DNA of 64,000 nucleotides from Vulcanimicrobiota bacterium. Its GTDB lineage: Bacteria > Vulcanimicrobiota > Vulcanimicrobiia > Vulcanimicrobiales > Vulcanimicrobiaceae. The notes beneath the pieces were generated by a model. It was given only the letters and a program-made list of their open reading frames with translations, did not search any database and had not been told where the DNA came from. The stretch lies in contig CAWBUG010000002.1 in the NCBI GenBank assembly GCA_963792005.1, positions 471,179 through 535,178 of the forward strand, written 5' to 3'. A program made the translations under genes and the position numbers. Below are positions 26,266 through 35,613 of this stretch, piece after piece (the first letter of the stretch is position 1; each line of letters begins with the position of its first letter).

Positions 26266-27344
26266 CGTCGGGCCTTTTGCACGGAGCGCTCGAGCGTTCC
26301 CTGTAACGGCTCGCGCCGCTCCCAGCGCCGGATGAACTGCAGTGCGAAGCGCTCCTCGGGCGAGAGCTTCCCACTGCGCGCCGGAATAGCCCGCGCCTTT
26401 CCCTTGCGCACCGGCAGGCAGCGGTTACGCTCGTACGTCTCGATGACCGCGGGATGGACGTAAGCTTTTCGGCAAATCGCGGGGGTGTTGCCCAGACGCT
26501 GCGCGACCGCGGTAAGCGCTTCGGCGATTTTGCGCTTGGCCTCGGTCTGGTCCGCGGCGGACTCGCTGAGCGCCGCGATGCAGTGCACGGTGCCGATCCA
26601 CGTGCGGAAGTCCTTCGCAGAAAACTCGCTGCCCGCAACATCCCGAATGTACTCGTTCACGTCGTCGGAGGTAAGCGCGCTCACGGCTCCGGTCTCGTCG
26701 ACGTAGGTAAAGAGCTCTTCGCCGGGCAAATCGCGGCAGCGCTTGACGATCGCAGCGAGTCGCCGATCGTCCAGGGCGACGGTGCGCTCCCGGCCGGTCT
26801 TGGCGCGGAAACGAAGCCGTACCGTCGAACCGTTTATACGTGCATGCCGCCCGCGCAGCGTCGTCAACCCGAACGACCCGTTTGCGCGAGCGTACTCTTC
26901 GTTGCCGACACGAATGCCGGTTGCATCCATAATCGCGACGATCGCCGCCAGCACTTTTCGTCGTGATAACTCGGTGGCGTTAAGATCCTTTGCGATCGCG
27001 GCCCGGATCGCCGGCAGCGCCTGCCCGAAGGCAGCGAGTCGCTGATACTTGGCTTCATCGCGGACCTCGCGCCAGCGTTTGTGGTACCGGTACTGCTTGC
27101 GGCCGCGGACGTCGCGCGCGGTGGCCTGAATGTGGCCGTTTGGAATCGGCGCGATCCAGACGTTCGTGTATGCGGGCGGAACTGCCAGCGCTTTGATTCG
27201 CGAAATCTCCCGAGGCTCGCGCACCGGGCTGCCGTCGGGATACACGTAGGCGAAGTGGCGTCCGCAGCGGCGGCGCGTGATACCGGGTTGCCGGTCGTCG
27301 ATGTAACGCAGGCCGGCTTCGCGCGCAGACTCGAGTGGAAGCAT
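26241..27344 (-). CDS. DNA topoisomerase IB (poxvirus-type, bacterial)
   Basis: 367 aa. RGRKQYRYHKRW, IRVGNEEYARANGSFGLTTL, SAKDFRTWIGTV, and LGNTPAICRKAYVHP (active-site Tyr context). The start was trimmed to MLPLES because the longer ORF overlaps the tRNA. Confidence 0.85.
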   Translation of the reverse strand: MLPLESAREAGLRYIDDRQPGITRRRCGRHFAYVYPDGSPVREPREISRIKALAVPPAYTNVWIAPIPNGHIQATARDVRGRKQYRYHKRWREVRDEAKYQRLAAFGQALPAIRAAIAKDLNATELSRRKVLAAIVAIMDATGIRVGNEEYARANGSFGLTTLRGRHARINGSTVRLRFRAKTGRERTVALDDRRLAAIVKRCRDLPGEELFTYVDETGAVSALTSDDVNEYIRDVAGSEFSAKDFRTWIGTVHCIAALSESAADQTEAKRKIAEALTAVAQRLGNTPAICRKAYVHPAVIETYERNRCLPVRKGKARAIPARSGKLSPEERFALQFIRRWERREPLQGTLERSVQKARRYAVGSSK

Positions 27345-27452
27345 CGCACGAAGCGTTCCCGTCGGCGCGAGCAACCAAACCCTAGACGGCGCGTCTTGCG
27401 CTTTACCGGTAAGCGTGTGAACGAAAACGCCCTTCAAACAAAGGGCTTTCGA

Positions 27453-27529
27453 TGGTGGGCCGTCCTGGGATCGAACCAGGGACCTCATGCTTATCAAGCA
27501 TGCGCTCTAACCAGCTGAGCTAACGGCCC
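27453..27529 (-). tRNA. tRNA-Ile (anticodon GAU), CCA encoded
   Basis: 77 nt: acceptor GGGCCGT/ACGGCCC, anticodon loop TTGATAA, T-loop TTCGATC. Confidence 0.9.
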
Positions 27530-27573
27530 GAAATGCGGGAAGCAGTATACGAGGCCGTCTTGTCCGACGCCTC

Positions 27574-28380
27574 CTAGTGGGCGGTCAAGAACTCGAGCAG
27601 CAACGCGTTGAACGCCGACGGTTCTTCCATATTGCTCATGTGACCGGCGCCGGCCAGCGTGACCCTCGTCGCATTTGGTATCTCGGCTGCGAGTATGTCG
27701 GCGATTCGGTGAAAATCGGCGAGATCGCGCTCTCCGACGAGTATTAATGTCGGTGCTTGTATCTCTTTGAGCCGCGCGCGTGCCGGCGGATCGATCCCTT
27801 GGACGGGACTCTCGTGCAGCCAGATCCATGCTGAGTCGTTTCCCACAATTTCCGCTAACTTGGACGAGCAGTGCGGATTCTCGCGTGACGCCGCAAAGAG
27901 CTCGTGCGCGAGCCACATCGCGTTTGCCGCTTTTGCGCCGTCGCGCTTCGCGCATGCTTCGATTGCGTCGAGGGAGGCCTCCCAGGATTCGTCCCATTCG
28001 AATGCATCGAGAGCGGAATCAACGAGAACGAGCGCGCGGGTCGCTTGCGGATAGACGAGTGCATGGTGCAGCGCGATGCGTCCGCCCATCGAGAGGCCGA
28101 CGACGTGCGCTAGCGGAGCATCGAGGTGGTCGAGAAGCGCGCGAAGGTCGTCCGCGTGGCGAAACGCTCGGCTCGTAGGAACCGCCGAACGGCCAAAGCC
28201 CCGAACGTCGTATCGAATGACCCGAAAGCGTCGCGCCAGAACGTCGACCTGTTCGTCCCACATGCGCGAGCTCAAACACAGCCCGTGAATCAGCACCACG
28301 GGAACGCCCTGACCGATCTCTTCGTAGTAGAGCCGCGTACCGTTGACGTCGGCGAACCCGCTCGTCACCTCGGACTGCAT
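27574..28380 (-). CDS. alpha/beta-fold hydrolase
   Basis: 268 aa. PVVLIHG and the nucleophile elbow VGLSMGG. Confidence 0.8.
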   Translation of the reverse strand: MQSEVTSGFADVNGTRLYYEEIGQGVPVVLIHGLCLSSRMWDEQVDVLARRFRVIRYDVRGFGRSAVPTSRAFRHADDLRALLDHLDAPLAHVVGLSMGGRIALHHALVYPQATRALVLVDSALDAFEWDESWEASLDAIEACAKRDGAKAANAMWLAHELFAASRENPHCSSKLAEIVGNDSAWIWLHESPVQGIDPPARARLKEIQAPTLILVGERDLADFHRIADILAAEIPNATRVTLAGAGHMSNMEEPSAFNALLLEFLTAH

Positions 28381-28398
28381 AGCGCTGATTGTAAAGCC

Positions 28399-29901
28399 TC
28401 AAATCAGCGAAATCCACTTCTTCATGATTTCGTCCTCGGTTTTCTGTAACTTTGCGACAGGACGAAAGACGAGCTGATTGCGGTACGCTGGATCGGCGAA
28501 AAGCCCGCCAAAATCAGGGCTTTCTGCAAGGACCGCATCGAGGGCGCGCGCGAGCTCCTGTTTGAGCTCGACCGTCGTTTCCGTCCACATCTGGGGCAGT
28601 TCTTCGAGCAGTTGGGCAAACGAGCAGGCATTGCGCTGATACTCGGCTTCGGAGGCGCGCGCTGCCCTCGCGGCGTCTCTCGCCTCTACCGCGGCGCGGC
28701 GTTGGGCATCGAGCTCGGCGAGGCGAACCTGGAGTTGGCCGGCATCGAGCTGTGCCTCTTCGGCGAGTTTCCAGATGCGTTGAATCCGCTTTTCCGCGTC
28801 GGCGATGCGCCGCTCGGCGTCTGATTCAACAGCCTCCCATTGCGTATTGGGTTTATGGTCCTGTAGCGGATCAGCCAACTTCGGATCGGCCCGCAGAGAA
28901 CGCAGCAGGTCCAAGAAGTCCGCTTCAAGCTTGTCAGCGCGGTGGCCGGGATGGGATGTTTCGCCTGGCTCAAGCGTGTGGTCCAGACAGGTGTAGTATC
29001 TGGTCCGCCACGGGTCTGATCCACCGCAATGCCCGCGTAGCAGCTTGCCGCACGTGCAGCGCACGGCACCCTGCAAGGGCCAATCCCAGCGCTTTGGAGC
29101 GCGAGAGCGGAAATCGCTTTGGCGTGCTGCCTTCGTCCGCTGCCATTGGTCTTCGGAGACGATCAAGGCACGGATCGTCTTGGACGTTAGAATACTCTTG
29201 ATGCTGGAAACGCACCATCGATAGGGCTTATCGCTGCCGTCGTGTGCCCGTTTTGGTGGTGCATGTTCTCGGGCCCAGCGCGCTAACCGCGTGTAGCCCC
29301 AGCGTTGCTCGGCGAGCCGGAAAATCTCGCGAACGATCCGCGCCTCGGGCTCAAACGGAACGGCCTTACTCTCGACTAGGATAACGCCATAGGGAATGCT
29401 CCCGACGTGCTTGCCCTCGGCACGGCGCCGCGCGTGGACGGCCTTCCACTTGTCCGACCGAGCCGCGTTCTCCATTTCCGCCGTGACGAGCTCGAAGATG
29501 GGGCGCAGGGAGTCCATCGCCGTTTCGAGCTTCACGTCGCCGTCTTGACGGGTATGCAGGAGAACCCCAAGCTTGCGAAGCTGCGCGACGGCGGCGATGC
29601 AGTCCAAGGCGAGTCGTCCCACGCGGTCGATGCGAATCATGAGCACGCGCTTCGGTCGCGCGGCTTTGGGCGTTCGCTCCAGCTCCTCGATGAGGTTGCT
29701 GAGGATCTCGCGGGTGCCTTTGGCGCCCGAGCTTACACCGGCGAACTCTCGCGCGATGACCCAGCCGTTACGAACAGCGGTTTCCTTTGCCCATTGGCGC
29801 TGGTCTTCGAGGGTCGCCTCTTGGGGTGAACTCGACACCGCAGCATAGAGCCAGACGATCGATGCGCCGGGAAGAAGTTCGCTGCTTCGACGAGCGTCCA
29901 T
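28399..29901 (-). CDS. large serine recombinase
   Basis: 500 aa from MDARR. Resolvase-type N-terminus YAAVSSSPQE...RIDRVGR, recombinase domain, Zn-ribbon CTCGK...YYTCLDH, and a coiled-coil C-terminus. Confidence 0.8.
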   Translation of the reverse strand: MDARRSSELLPGASIVWLYAAVSSSPQEATLEDQRQWAKETAVRNGWVIAREFAGVSSGAKGTREILSNLIEELERTPKAARPKRVLMIRIDRVGRLALDCIAAVAQLRKLGVLLHTRQDGDVKLETAMDSLRPIFELVTAEMENAARSDKWKAVHARRRAEGKHVGSIPYGVILVESKAVPFEPEARIVREIFRLAEQRWGYTRLARWAREHAPPKRAHDGSDKPYRWCVSSIKSILTSKTIRALIVSEDQWQRTKAARQSDFRSRAPKRWDWPLQGAVRCTCGKLLRGHCGGSDPWRTRYYTCLDHTLEPGETSHPGHRADKLEADFLDLLRSLRADPKLADPLQDHKPNTQWEAVESDAERRIADAEKRIQRIWKLAEEAQLDAGQLQVRLAELDAQRRAAVEARDAARAARASEAEYQRNACSFAQLLEELPQMWTETTVELKQELARALDAVLAESPDFGGLFADPAYRNQLVFRPVAKLQKTEDEIMKKWISLI

Positions 29902-30278
29902 TAGTTGTACGAGATCGGAACGAGCCGCATCGTCGGCATGATCTTGATCTTGAGGCCGTTGGGAACGCTGCGGACCTCGACGCCCACCCAACTCCAGACC
30001 GCGACGACGCGACGGTCGTCCAGATCGAAGCGAACGGTCGGCCCGGGAAAGACGGACTCCCGCCATTTGCAGCGCCGGTCGCTGCGCCCGACGTTCCCGG
30101 CGCCGGTTTTGATCGAGATGAGCGTATCGTCCACAGTACCTCCACCAGATTTCCACAGGGCAATAACACGAACGCGTGTTCGTGTATCGGCAAATTCAGT
30201 CTCTGCTAGACCCACTCTGGCGCCGAAGGTTTCAGGCGCGGTGGTTGTGGTGTGGCGGGTGCCATCTGGGCGGATCAC
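29901..30278 (-). CDS. hypothetical protein translationally coupled to the serine recombinase
   Basis: Up to 125 aa, high GC3. Its TAA stop overlaps the recombinase ATG by 1 nt (TAATG arrangement). No family recognised. Confidence 0.4.
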   Translation of the reverse strand: MIRPDGTRHTTTTAPETFGARVGLAETEFADTRTRVRVIALWKSGGGTVDDTLISIKTGAGNVGRSDRRCKWRESVFPGPTVRFDLDDRRVVAVWSWVGVEVRSVPNGLKIKIMPTMRLVPISYN

Positions 30279-30587
30279 CGGTCCGTGGCCCGTTCTTGGC
30301 GGATGGCCTGTGCGATCCGCGTGCGAGGTTTACTACGGCCGGTGTCACGGCGACGATAACCAGGTCGGCACTGATTTCCCGGGGAGATGGAGACTCGGTT
30401 GCTGGGATCGAGTCGTCTGGTCGCAGAGCTTTGGGGAGGCTGTTTCTTCACCGGGCCGCGTTACAAGCCGGCCTAGACGATTTGGGTCGATCGTGTCCGC
30501 AAAGAAGGTCATGACCTCAACCTGATCGCCAGCCGTGGGCACGGCGTCGGGGGTGTTGAATCGTCGAACTGCCCTGAGGGCCTGTGG

Positions 30588-32210
30588 TCATGGAATGTAA
30601 ACCCCCGAAGATCGCGGGCGATATTCGGACTGGGCGACAGCGTCGCCGGCATCGCTGAGCACGTCGACCTGGTCGTCGTGTGCACCGTTGGGAAAGGCGA
30701 CGAGCTCCGATTCGAGGGTATCGACCCACGGCGCATCGCGCAGATGGAACACCTGGCCCATCTCATACCGGGCCGCGATCGTCCACGCTCGCGTCTCTTT
30801 GCTTTCCCCGCCGCGCGTAATGCCGACGGCGGGCAGTGCAGCCCTCACGGCCGCCTGCACGGCCGTCCACTGGTACTGGACGGCCTCGATGCCAATCCGC
30901 CCTACCTTGTACTTGGATCGGAGTTGGGCGATGAGCGAGATCTGATCGGGACCTTCGATTTTGTTGTCGCGATAGATGTGCAGCACCGCGAGCTCCTTGC
31001 GCGGGCAGAGGGCAAAGATTCCGATGGCGGTGTAGTCCGACTTAGCTTTGGTGCGGGTGATCCCCGAACGCAAGGTCTGCGTATCACCCGAGGCCAGATC
31101 GACCATTGCGAAGATGCGGCACTCCGCGAGCCGATAGCTTTGCATCGGTTCACCGGCGGCGTTGAGCAGACGGATTGTGTCGCCGGTGCGGTCGAAGTAG
31201 CGGAACCAACTCTGCCGAAAGATCGACCCGCCGGCACGCTGCGGTCGCCCTTGAAACTGAGCCATGAAAACGCGCAGTCCCCCGACATCGAGCACTTGCC
31301 GTTTTAAGAGCTCGATTGGCCGGACGCGCGGCCAGAGCGCCTCACCCGGCAATCGCCCCAGCTCGTCGCGAACCCGGTGGTCGCAGACGTCGATCGTGAC
31401 CTGGGTGATGCCGGTTGTTTCGTCTTGATCAAAGCCGATGGTGGGCGCCTCGCACTCCTGTACGCGGCAGATCGCGATTGCTGGGTAGTCGAGCACGCGG
31501 TAGTTCCAGCCCGAACTCTTTGCGAGTCCGATCAGTTGGGCGATAAAGTCATCTTCGTGCCAGCGCGACATGATGGCGATCATCCGGAGCGTCGGTTTGC
31601 GCCGCGAGATGATATTGGCTTGAAACCATTGCCAGACATCGGCACGGTGCTGCGGATGCAACGCTTCCTTGACGCCGGGATACGGGTCGTCGATGACAAA
31701 CGCATCGGCCGTCCGCCCTGCCACCGGCTTCTCGACGCCAACCGCGACGAGACCGCCGCCTCGGGTGGTGCTCCACCGCTTCATGGAGTGTGATCGCGGG
31801 CTTACGCCGACACCGAAGTATTTGGGGCCGTAGCGTTCCAGGATGTCACGCGTCGGGCCGCCGATCTTGTCTTCGGCGAAGTCGGTGTTGTAGGTCGCCG
31901 CGATGATGTTCCAGGTCGGATGGAGGCCGAGCATCCAGGCTATGCCCCACTGTGAGGCCGTTGTGGATTTGCCGTGCTGCACCGGGATCTGCATCACGAG
32001 CAGCTCCACGCGCCCTTGTTCAATGTCCACGATCGATTCGGAGATGGACGCGTGGAAGTTCGCGGGTAGATATGGCTCGGCGTGATCACGCGTGGCAACC
32101 ATCGCAAAGCCGGCCGGCGAGTTCCGCACGAAGGCAAGATCGCGCTGGAACGCAGCTAACGACATTGGCAAGCGTCCTGGATCGTCGTGGTCGAAATCGC
32201 GGCGCTTCAT
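30588..32210 (-). CDS. phage terminase large subunit
   Basis: 540 aa. Walker A-like VQHGKST. Walker B-like AFVIDDPY. MSRWHEDD. Nuclease-end motif NGAHDDQVDVLS. Confidence 0.85.
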   Translation of the reverse strand: MKRRDFDHDDPGRLPMSLAAFQRDLAFVRNSPAGFAMVATRDHAEPYLPANFHASISESIVDIEQGRVELLVMQIPVQHGKSTTASQWGIAWMLGLHPTWNIIAATYNTDFAEDKIGGPTRDILERYGPKYFGVGVSPRSHSMKRWSTTRGGGLVAVGVEKPVAGRTADAFVIDDPYPGVKEALHPQHRADVWQWFQANIISRRKPTLRMIAIMSRWHEDDFIAQLIGLAKSSGWNYRVLDYPAIAICRVQECEAPTIGFDQDETTGITQVTIDVCDHRVRDELGRLPGEALWPRVRPIELLKRQVLDVGGLRVFMAQFQGRPQRAGGSIFRQSWFRYFDRTGDTIRLLNAAGEPMQSYRLAECRIFAMVDLASGDTQTLRSGITRTKAKSDYTAIGIFALCPRKELAVLHIYRDNKIEGPDQISLIAQLRSKYKVGRIGIEAVQYQWTAVQAAVRAALPAVGITRGGESKETRAWTIAARYEMGQVFHLRDAPWVDTLESELVAFPNGAHDDQVDVLSDAGDAVAQSEYRPRSSGVYIP

Positions 32211-32701
32211 GCTGCTGGCTCTTCGTCTGGGTCGATTTCACCATTGCGAGCGTGACCGGCGTCCATGGCCGCCTCGGTCGCGGCGACGATAGCTTGATGC
32301 AGCAGTGCCGAGGCTTCCGGGCTCTCGCGAATCCGGTCGGTTGAGTCGAGCTTAATCGGATCGCCGTCGGGAATGCCGCCGAGCATCACGCGCGGACCAA
32401 ACTCCCGCGGAAAGCGTCGTTCAAGCACCCACTGCGCGGCTGTGCTGCCCTTTTCTCCCTTAAGGACCCGGGTGAGCAGGTGCTTTGCCCCGATCGCGCG
32501 CGCTCGTTCGACGTCCGTAAGGAACGATTCGTAGGGCTCGACGCCCTCTCTACCTTGCTGGCACCAGTAATGGAACGTGCGCTCCGGAACGCGAGCGCCT
32601 TCGGCGGCAAGCTTCTCCGGCATGCCGATCTCCAGCGACGCGCAGATTTCCGCTGCGACCGCGGCGGTGAGCGTACGCGGCTTTCCCTTACGGCGCGCCA
32701 C
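32207..32701 (-). CDS. putative terminase small subunit (HTH)
   Basis: Sits directly upstream of TerL with an overlapping stop/start. GKPRTLTAAVAAEICASLEIGMPEKLAAEGARVPERTFHYWCQQG is HTH-like. The GTG start at 32701 is inferred. Confidence 0.55.
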   Translation of the reverse strand: MARRKGKPRTLTAAVAAEICASLEIGMPEKLAAEGARVPERTFHYWCQQGREGVEPYESFLTDVERARAIGAKHLLTRVLKGEKGSTAAQWVLERRFPREFGPRVMLGGIPDGDPIKLDSTDRIRESPEASALLHQAIVAATEAAMDAGHARNGEIDPDEEPAA

Positions 32702-34124
32702 GGCGAGCCTTCTTTCCGGTGAAGTTCTGCCATCGCTCCACGATGACGTCGCAATACGCCGGCGAGATCTCGCAGCCGTAGCCAGCGCGCTGCAGTTGCT
32801 CGCAGCCAATGAGCGTTGTGCCCGCACCGCAGAACGGATCAAAGACGCAATCGTTGCGATCGGTCAGTAAGCGGATGAAGAAGGAGGGCAGGCCGACGGG
32901 AAAGACGGCGCCGTGGCCGAGGGCCTCGCGATTCTTGCCGAGTGAGAGGACGTTCGAAGGATACGCCAGGCCGGATTCGGGTCCCAGACGCTGATCGTTG
33001 CCGGTTTCCTTGTAGGAGCGCCCCTGCGCCACAGAGGTCGGCATCCGACTGCGGCGCGGCTTGTTTTTCATAGCCATACCGTCGGATTGCGACGGATGCG
33101 CGCCGCGCCAGTCAGGGATGTCCTCAATATCGCAGAGGTGCCGAACCTGATCAGGTCGCCATTTGCAGTCTCCGACCGCGAAATGGAAGATCGGCTCAAA
33201 GCCGTTCTTGAACCGGGTCGAGTTCTTGGGGTCACGCGGTGTTCCGCCGTGCGTCCAAACGAACTCGTCGACCAAGCGCCAACCCCACTGTCGGACCAAC
33301 GCGATCGTGAGGTCCTTCACGTACAGACTGCGCTGCCCGGCCTCCGCGTGCTCTTTAATATTGACACAGAACGATCCGTCGTTGGCGAGGTGCGAGCGAA
33401 CGCCGGCAGCGACGTCCGCAAACCAATCGACGTACTGATCGGGCGGGATCGGTCGGAAACCGGAGCCTTCGTCGTACGTACGTTGCTGCGCGTACGGCGG
33501 CGACGTCAGTGCCAGCGTGACCCGGGCGCCGCCAAAGAGTCGTGTGAGCGACGGAGCATCGCGGCAATCGCCACAGAGCAAGCGATGCCGACCCAGCCTC
33601 CACAGATCGCCGGGCTGTGTGACCGGCGTCTTGGGGAGTTGCGGCACGAGATCCGGGTCGACCAGACCGACGGGCTCTTGCGCCTGTGCCAGCAGCGCAT
33701 CGAACCGCAGGTCGCTAAACAACGTGGCGTCGTCCGCCTGGATTTCGGCCAGCAGCGCCTGCAGCGCATCGGTGAACTCACCGCTTAAGTGGGCACTGTT
33801 CAAGGCAAGGTTGAGGGCCTTTTCCTCAGTTTCGTCGAGGTCCACGACCACGACCGCGACCTCCCGAACCTTCGTTCTTTTCAGGACTTTGAGGCGTTGA
33901 TGGCCCCCGACGATATAACCCGAGCGCTGGTTCCAGACGATAGGCTGCACGTCGCCGAAGCGTTCCATCGACCTCGTTAACCCCGCCATCGCGGCACGAT
34001 CGATTCTGCGAGGATTGTAGGGCGCCGGCTTCAGTGCATTGAGGGGCACGACGCGGATTTGGGGGTGGCTTGGCAGTGAGGCTGCCGCAATATTTTCTTT
34101 CACCGGGAGCACCTTGGCCGCCAA
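32688..34124 (-). CDS. ParB-like nuclease domain / DNA methyltransferase fusion
   Basis: 478 aa. ParB N-terminal domain (LKPAPYNPRRI...GGHQRLKVLK). MTase motif IV TSPPY and motif I DPFCGAGTT. Confidence 0.85.
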   Translation of the reverse strand: MAAKVLPVKENIAAASLPSHPQIRVVPLNALKPAPYNPRRIDRAAMAGLTRSMERFGDVQPIVWNQRSGYIVGGHQRLKVLKRTKVREVAVVVVDLDETEEKALNLALNSAHLSGEFTDALQALLAEIQADDATLFSDLRFDALLAQAQEPVGLVDPDLVPQLPKTPVTQPGDLWRLGRHRLLCGDCRDAPSLTRLFGGARVTLALTSPPYAQQRTYDEGSGFRPIPPDQYVDWFADVAAGVRSHLANDGSFCVNIKEHAEAGQRSLYVKDLTIALVRQWGWRLVDEFVWTHGGTPRDPKNSTRFKNGFEPIFHFAVGDCKWRPDQVRHLCDIEDIPDWRGAHPSQSDGMAMKNKPRRSRMPTSVAQGRSYKETGNDQRLGPESGLAYPSNVLSLGKNREALGHGAVFPVGLPSFFIRLLTDRNDCVFDPFCGAGTTLIGCEQLQRAGYGCEISPAYCDVIVERWQNFTGKKARRGAP

Positions 34125-34451
34125 CGAGCCCCAGAATCAACGCGTGTCCGCAAAAAATAAGCCCAGCTTAAGAGCGCCGTTGCGCCGCATCCTTGGACGC
34201 GCTGGATCTTCGGAATTGGCGGTCGTAAAGCGAAAACGCCCCATAAGGAGCGTTGCTGGGGGTGCCAGGCGGGATTGCCCGCCCGCCGCCGTCCACCACT
34301 CGGTTTTACTTCCGAGAACGATCAAGGACAGTCACCCTAGATGATCGCTTCTACTTGCAACGTCTCAAAAGGTAACGCCGTTCGGTCCGGGGGGTAGAGC
34401 GGCGAAGGCAGGCCCGGGCGTGGATGCTCGAGCGGCTGTTTCCCGATCGGT

Positions 34452-34693
34452 ATGGATGATCGGCGGCGCCGGTGCTGCCGCCGGGTCCTCCAACGGAAAG
34501 CAGGCGCTAGCCGTCGCAAGGGCATTCGCACAACGGTGCGCGATCGCGATGCACGACCGGCTCCTGACCTCGTCGACCGCAAGTTCGTCGCCGATGCGCC
34601 GAACAAACTTTGGGTAGCGGATATCACCTACGTTCCGACCTACGCGGGCTTCTTGTTCTTAGCCGTCGTTCTTGACGCGTTTAGTCGGCGTAT
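34452..34693 (+). pseudogene. IS3-family transposase orfB, 5' fragment (outer, disrupted element)
   Basis: APNKLWVADITYVPTYAGFLFLAVVLDAFSRRI then breaks at the inserted IS. It resumes at 35982. The N-terminal orfB part and orfA are missing. Confidence 0.7.
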
Positions 34694-34708
34694 TGTAGTG
34701 CTCCCCGC

Positions 34709-35578
34709 TTATGGAACACTCAGTTCAGCTTGCGCGGGTTGGCTCTTAGCGGCCTGATGATACATTCTCTCGAACTCGGCCGGAGACCGCTTTCCGAGCG
34801 AGCTATGTGACCGATTCTCGTTGTAGTCGTGGATAAACGCACCGATCGATTTGCAAGCGTCCTCGAAGTCGACATAGGCGCGAACCCAGATTTCTTCGCG
34901 TTTAAGCGTTCCGATGAAACGCTCGCACACCGGATTATCGGTTGGTGTGCCCGGCCGACTCCAGCTCTGCTTCAGCTCTCGCTCAAGCAATGCGTCTTGG
35001 TAGCCGGAACTTCCGTACTGGCTTCCGCGATCGGAATGGTGAACCAGCGTCGCTTTGGGTCGACGGGAGACAATCGACATCTGCAACGCCTCGAGCGTCA
35101 ACTCAGTGCTAATCCTTGTTCCGAGCGCCCAACCGACGCATCTCCGACTAAATGCGTCGACCATGACGGCCAAGTAGATCCAGTACGACCGCAATCGCAC
35201 GAAGGTAATGTCAGTGACCCACAGCTGATCGGGGGCCGTTGGGTTAAAGCGCGAAAGATTGGCAAGCTCGCCGGCTGCGTGTCCGCCCCGCCACTTAGGG
35301 CGCCTCAACGGCTTATGTTGCAAGTCGTGCGAACGCATAAGCCGCAGCGTCCTTTTGATGTTGATAACAATGCGCTTTCGGCGAAGGCGATTCGTGACTT
35401 GGCGATAGCCGTATCGCGGATGCTTGATCAGAATATCCTTGATAGCGGCGACGACCCGCAGATCGCCTTTGCGCAGCGGCGGCTGCGCCGGGCGATAGAA
35501 GGCCGATCGAGGAATGTTGAACGCCCGCGAAAAGATCGTGATCGTCAAGCGCACCATACCGTATGGCGTTGGAACCAC
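34709..35578 (-). CDS. IS3-family transposase OrfB (DDE integrase core)
   Basis: 289 aa. LWVTDITFVRL...VHHSDRGSQY...PTDNPVCERF. Lies in the -1 frame relative to orfA. Confidence 0.85.
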   Translation of the reverse strand: MVPTPYGMVRLTITIFSRAFNIPRSAFYRPAQPPLRKGDLRVVAAIKDILIKHPRYGYRQVTNRLRRKRIVINIKRTLRLMRSHDLQHKPLRRPKWRGGHAAGELANLSRFNPTAPDQLWVTDITFVRLRSYWIYLAVMVDAFSRRCVGWALGTRISTELTLEALQMSIVSRRPKATLVHHSDRGSQYGSSGYQDALLERELKQSWSRPGTPTDNPVCERFIGTLKREEIWVRAYVDFEDACKSIGAFIHDYNENRSHSSLGKRSPAEFERMYHQAAKSQPAQAELSVP

Positions 35579-35613
35579 CGTGCCGGTGAGCTCCTTGGCC
35601 AGCGCGAGGCAGG

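Larger units (their letters stand above)
28399..34124 (-). mobile_element. prophage remnant or minimal phage-derived element (recombinase plus packaging module plus ParB-methylase)
   Basis: All genes are co-oriented. No capsid, portal or tail genes. The right flank is occupied by IS elements. Confidence 0.6.

Noticed and set aside
27345-27497. Upstream extension of the topoisomerase IB ORF
   Set aside because: It runs across tRNA-Ile(GAU). The conserved TopIB sequence starts after the internal Met at 27344.
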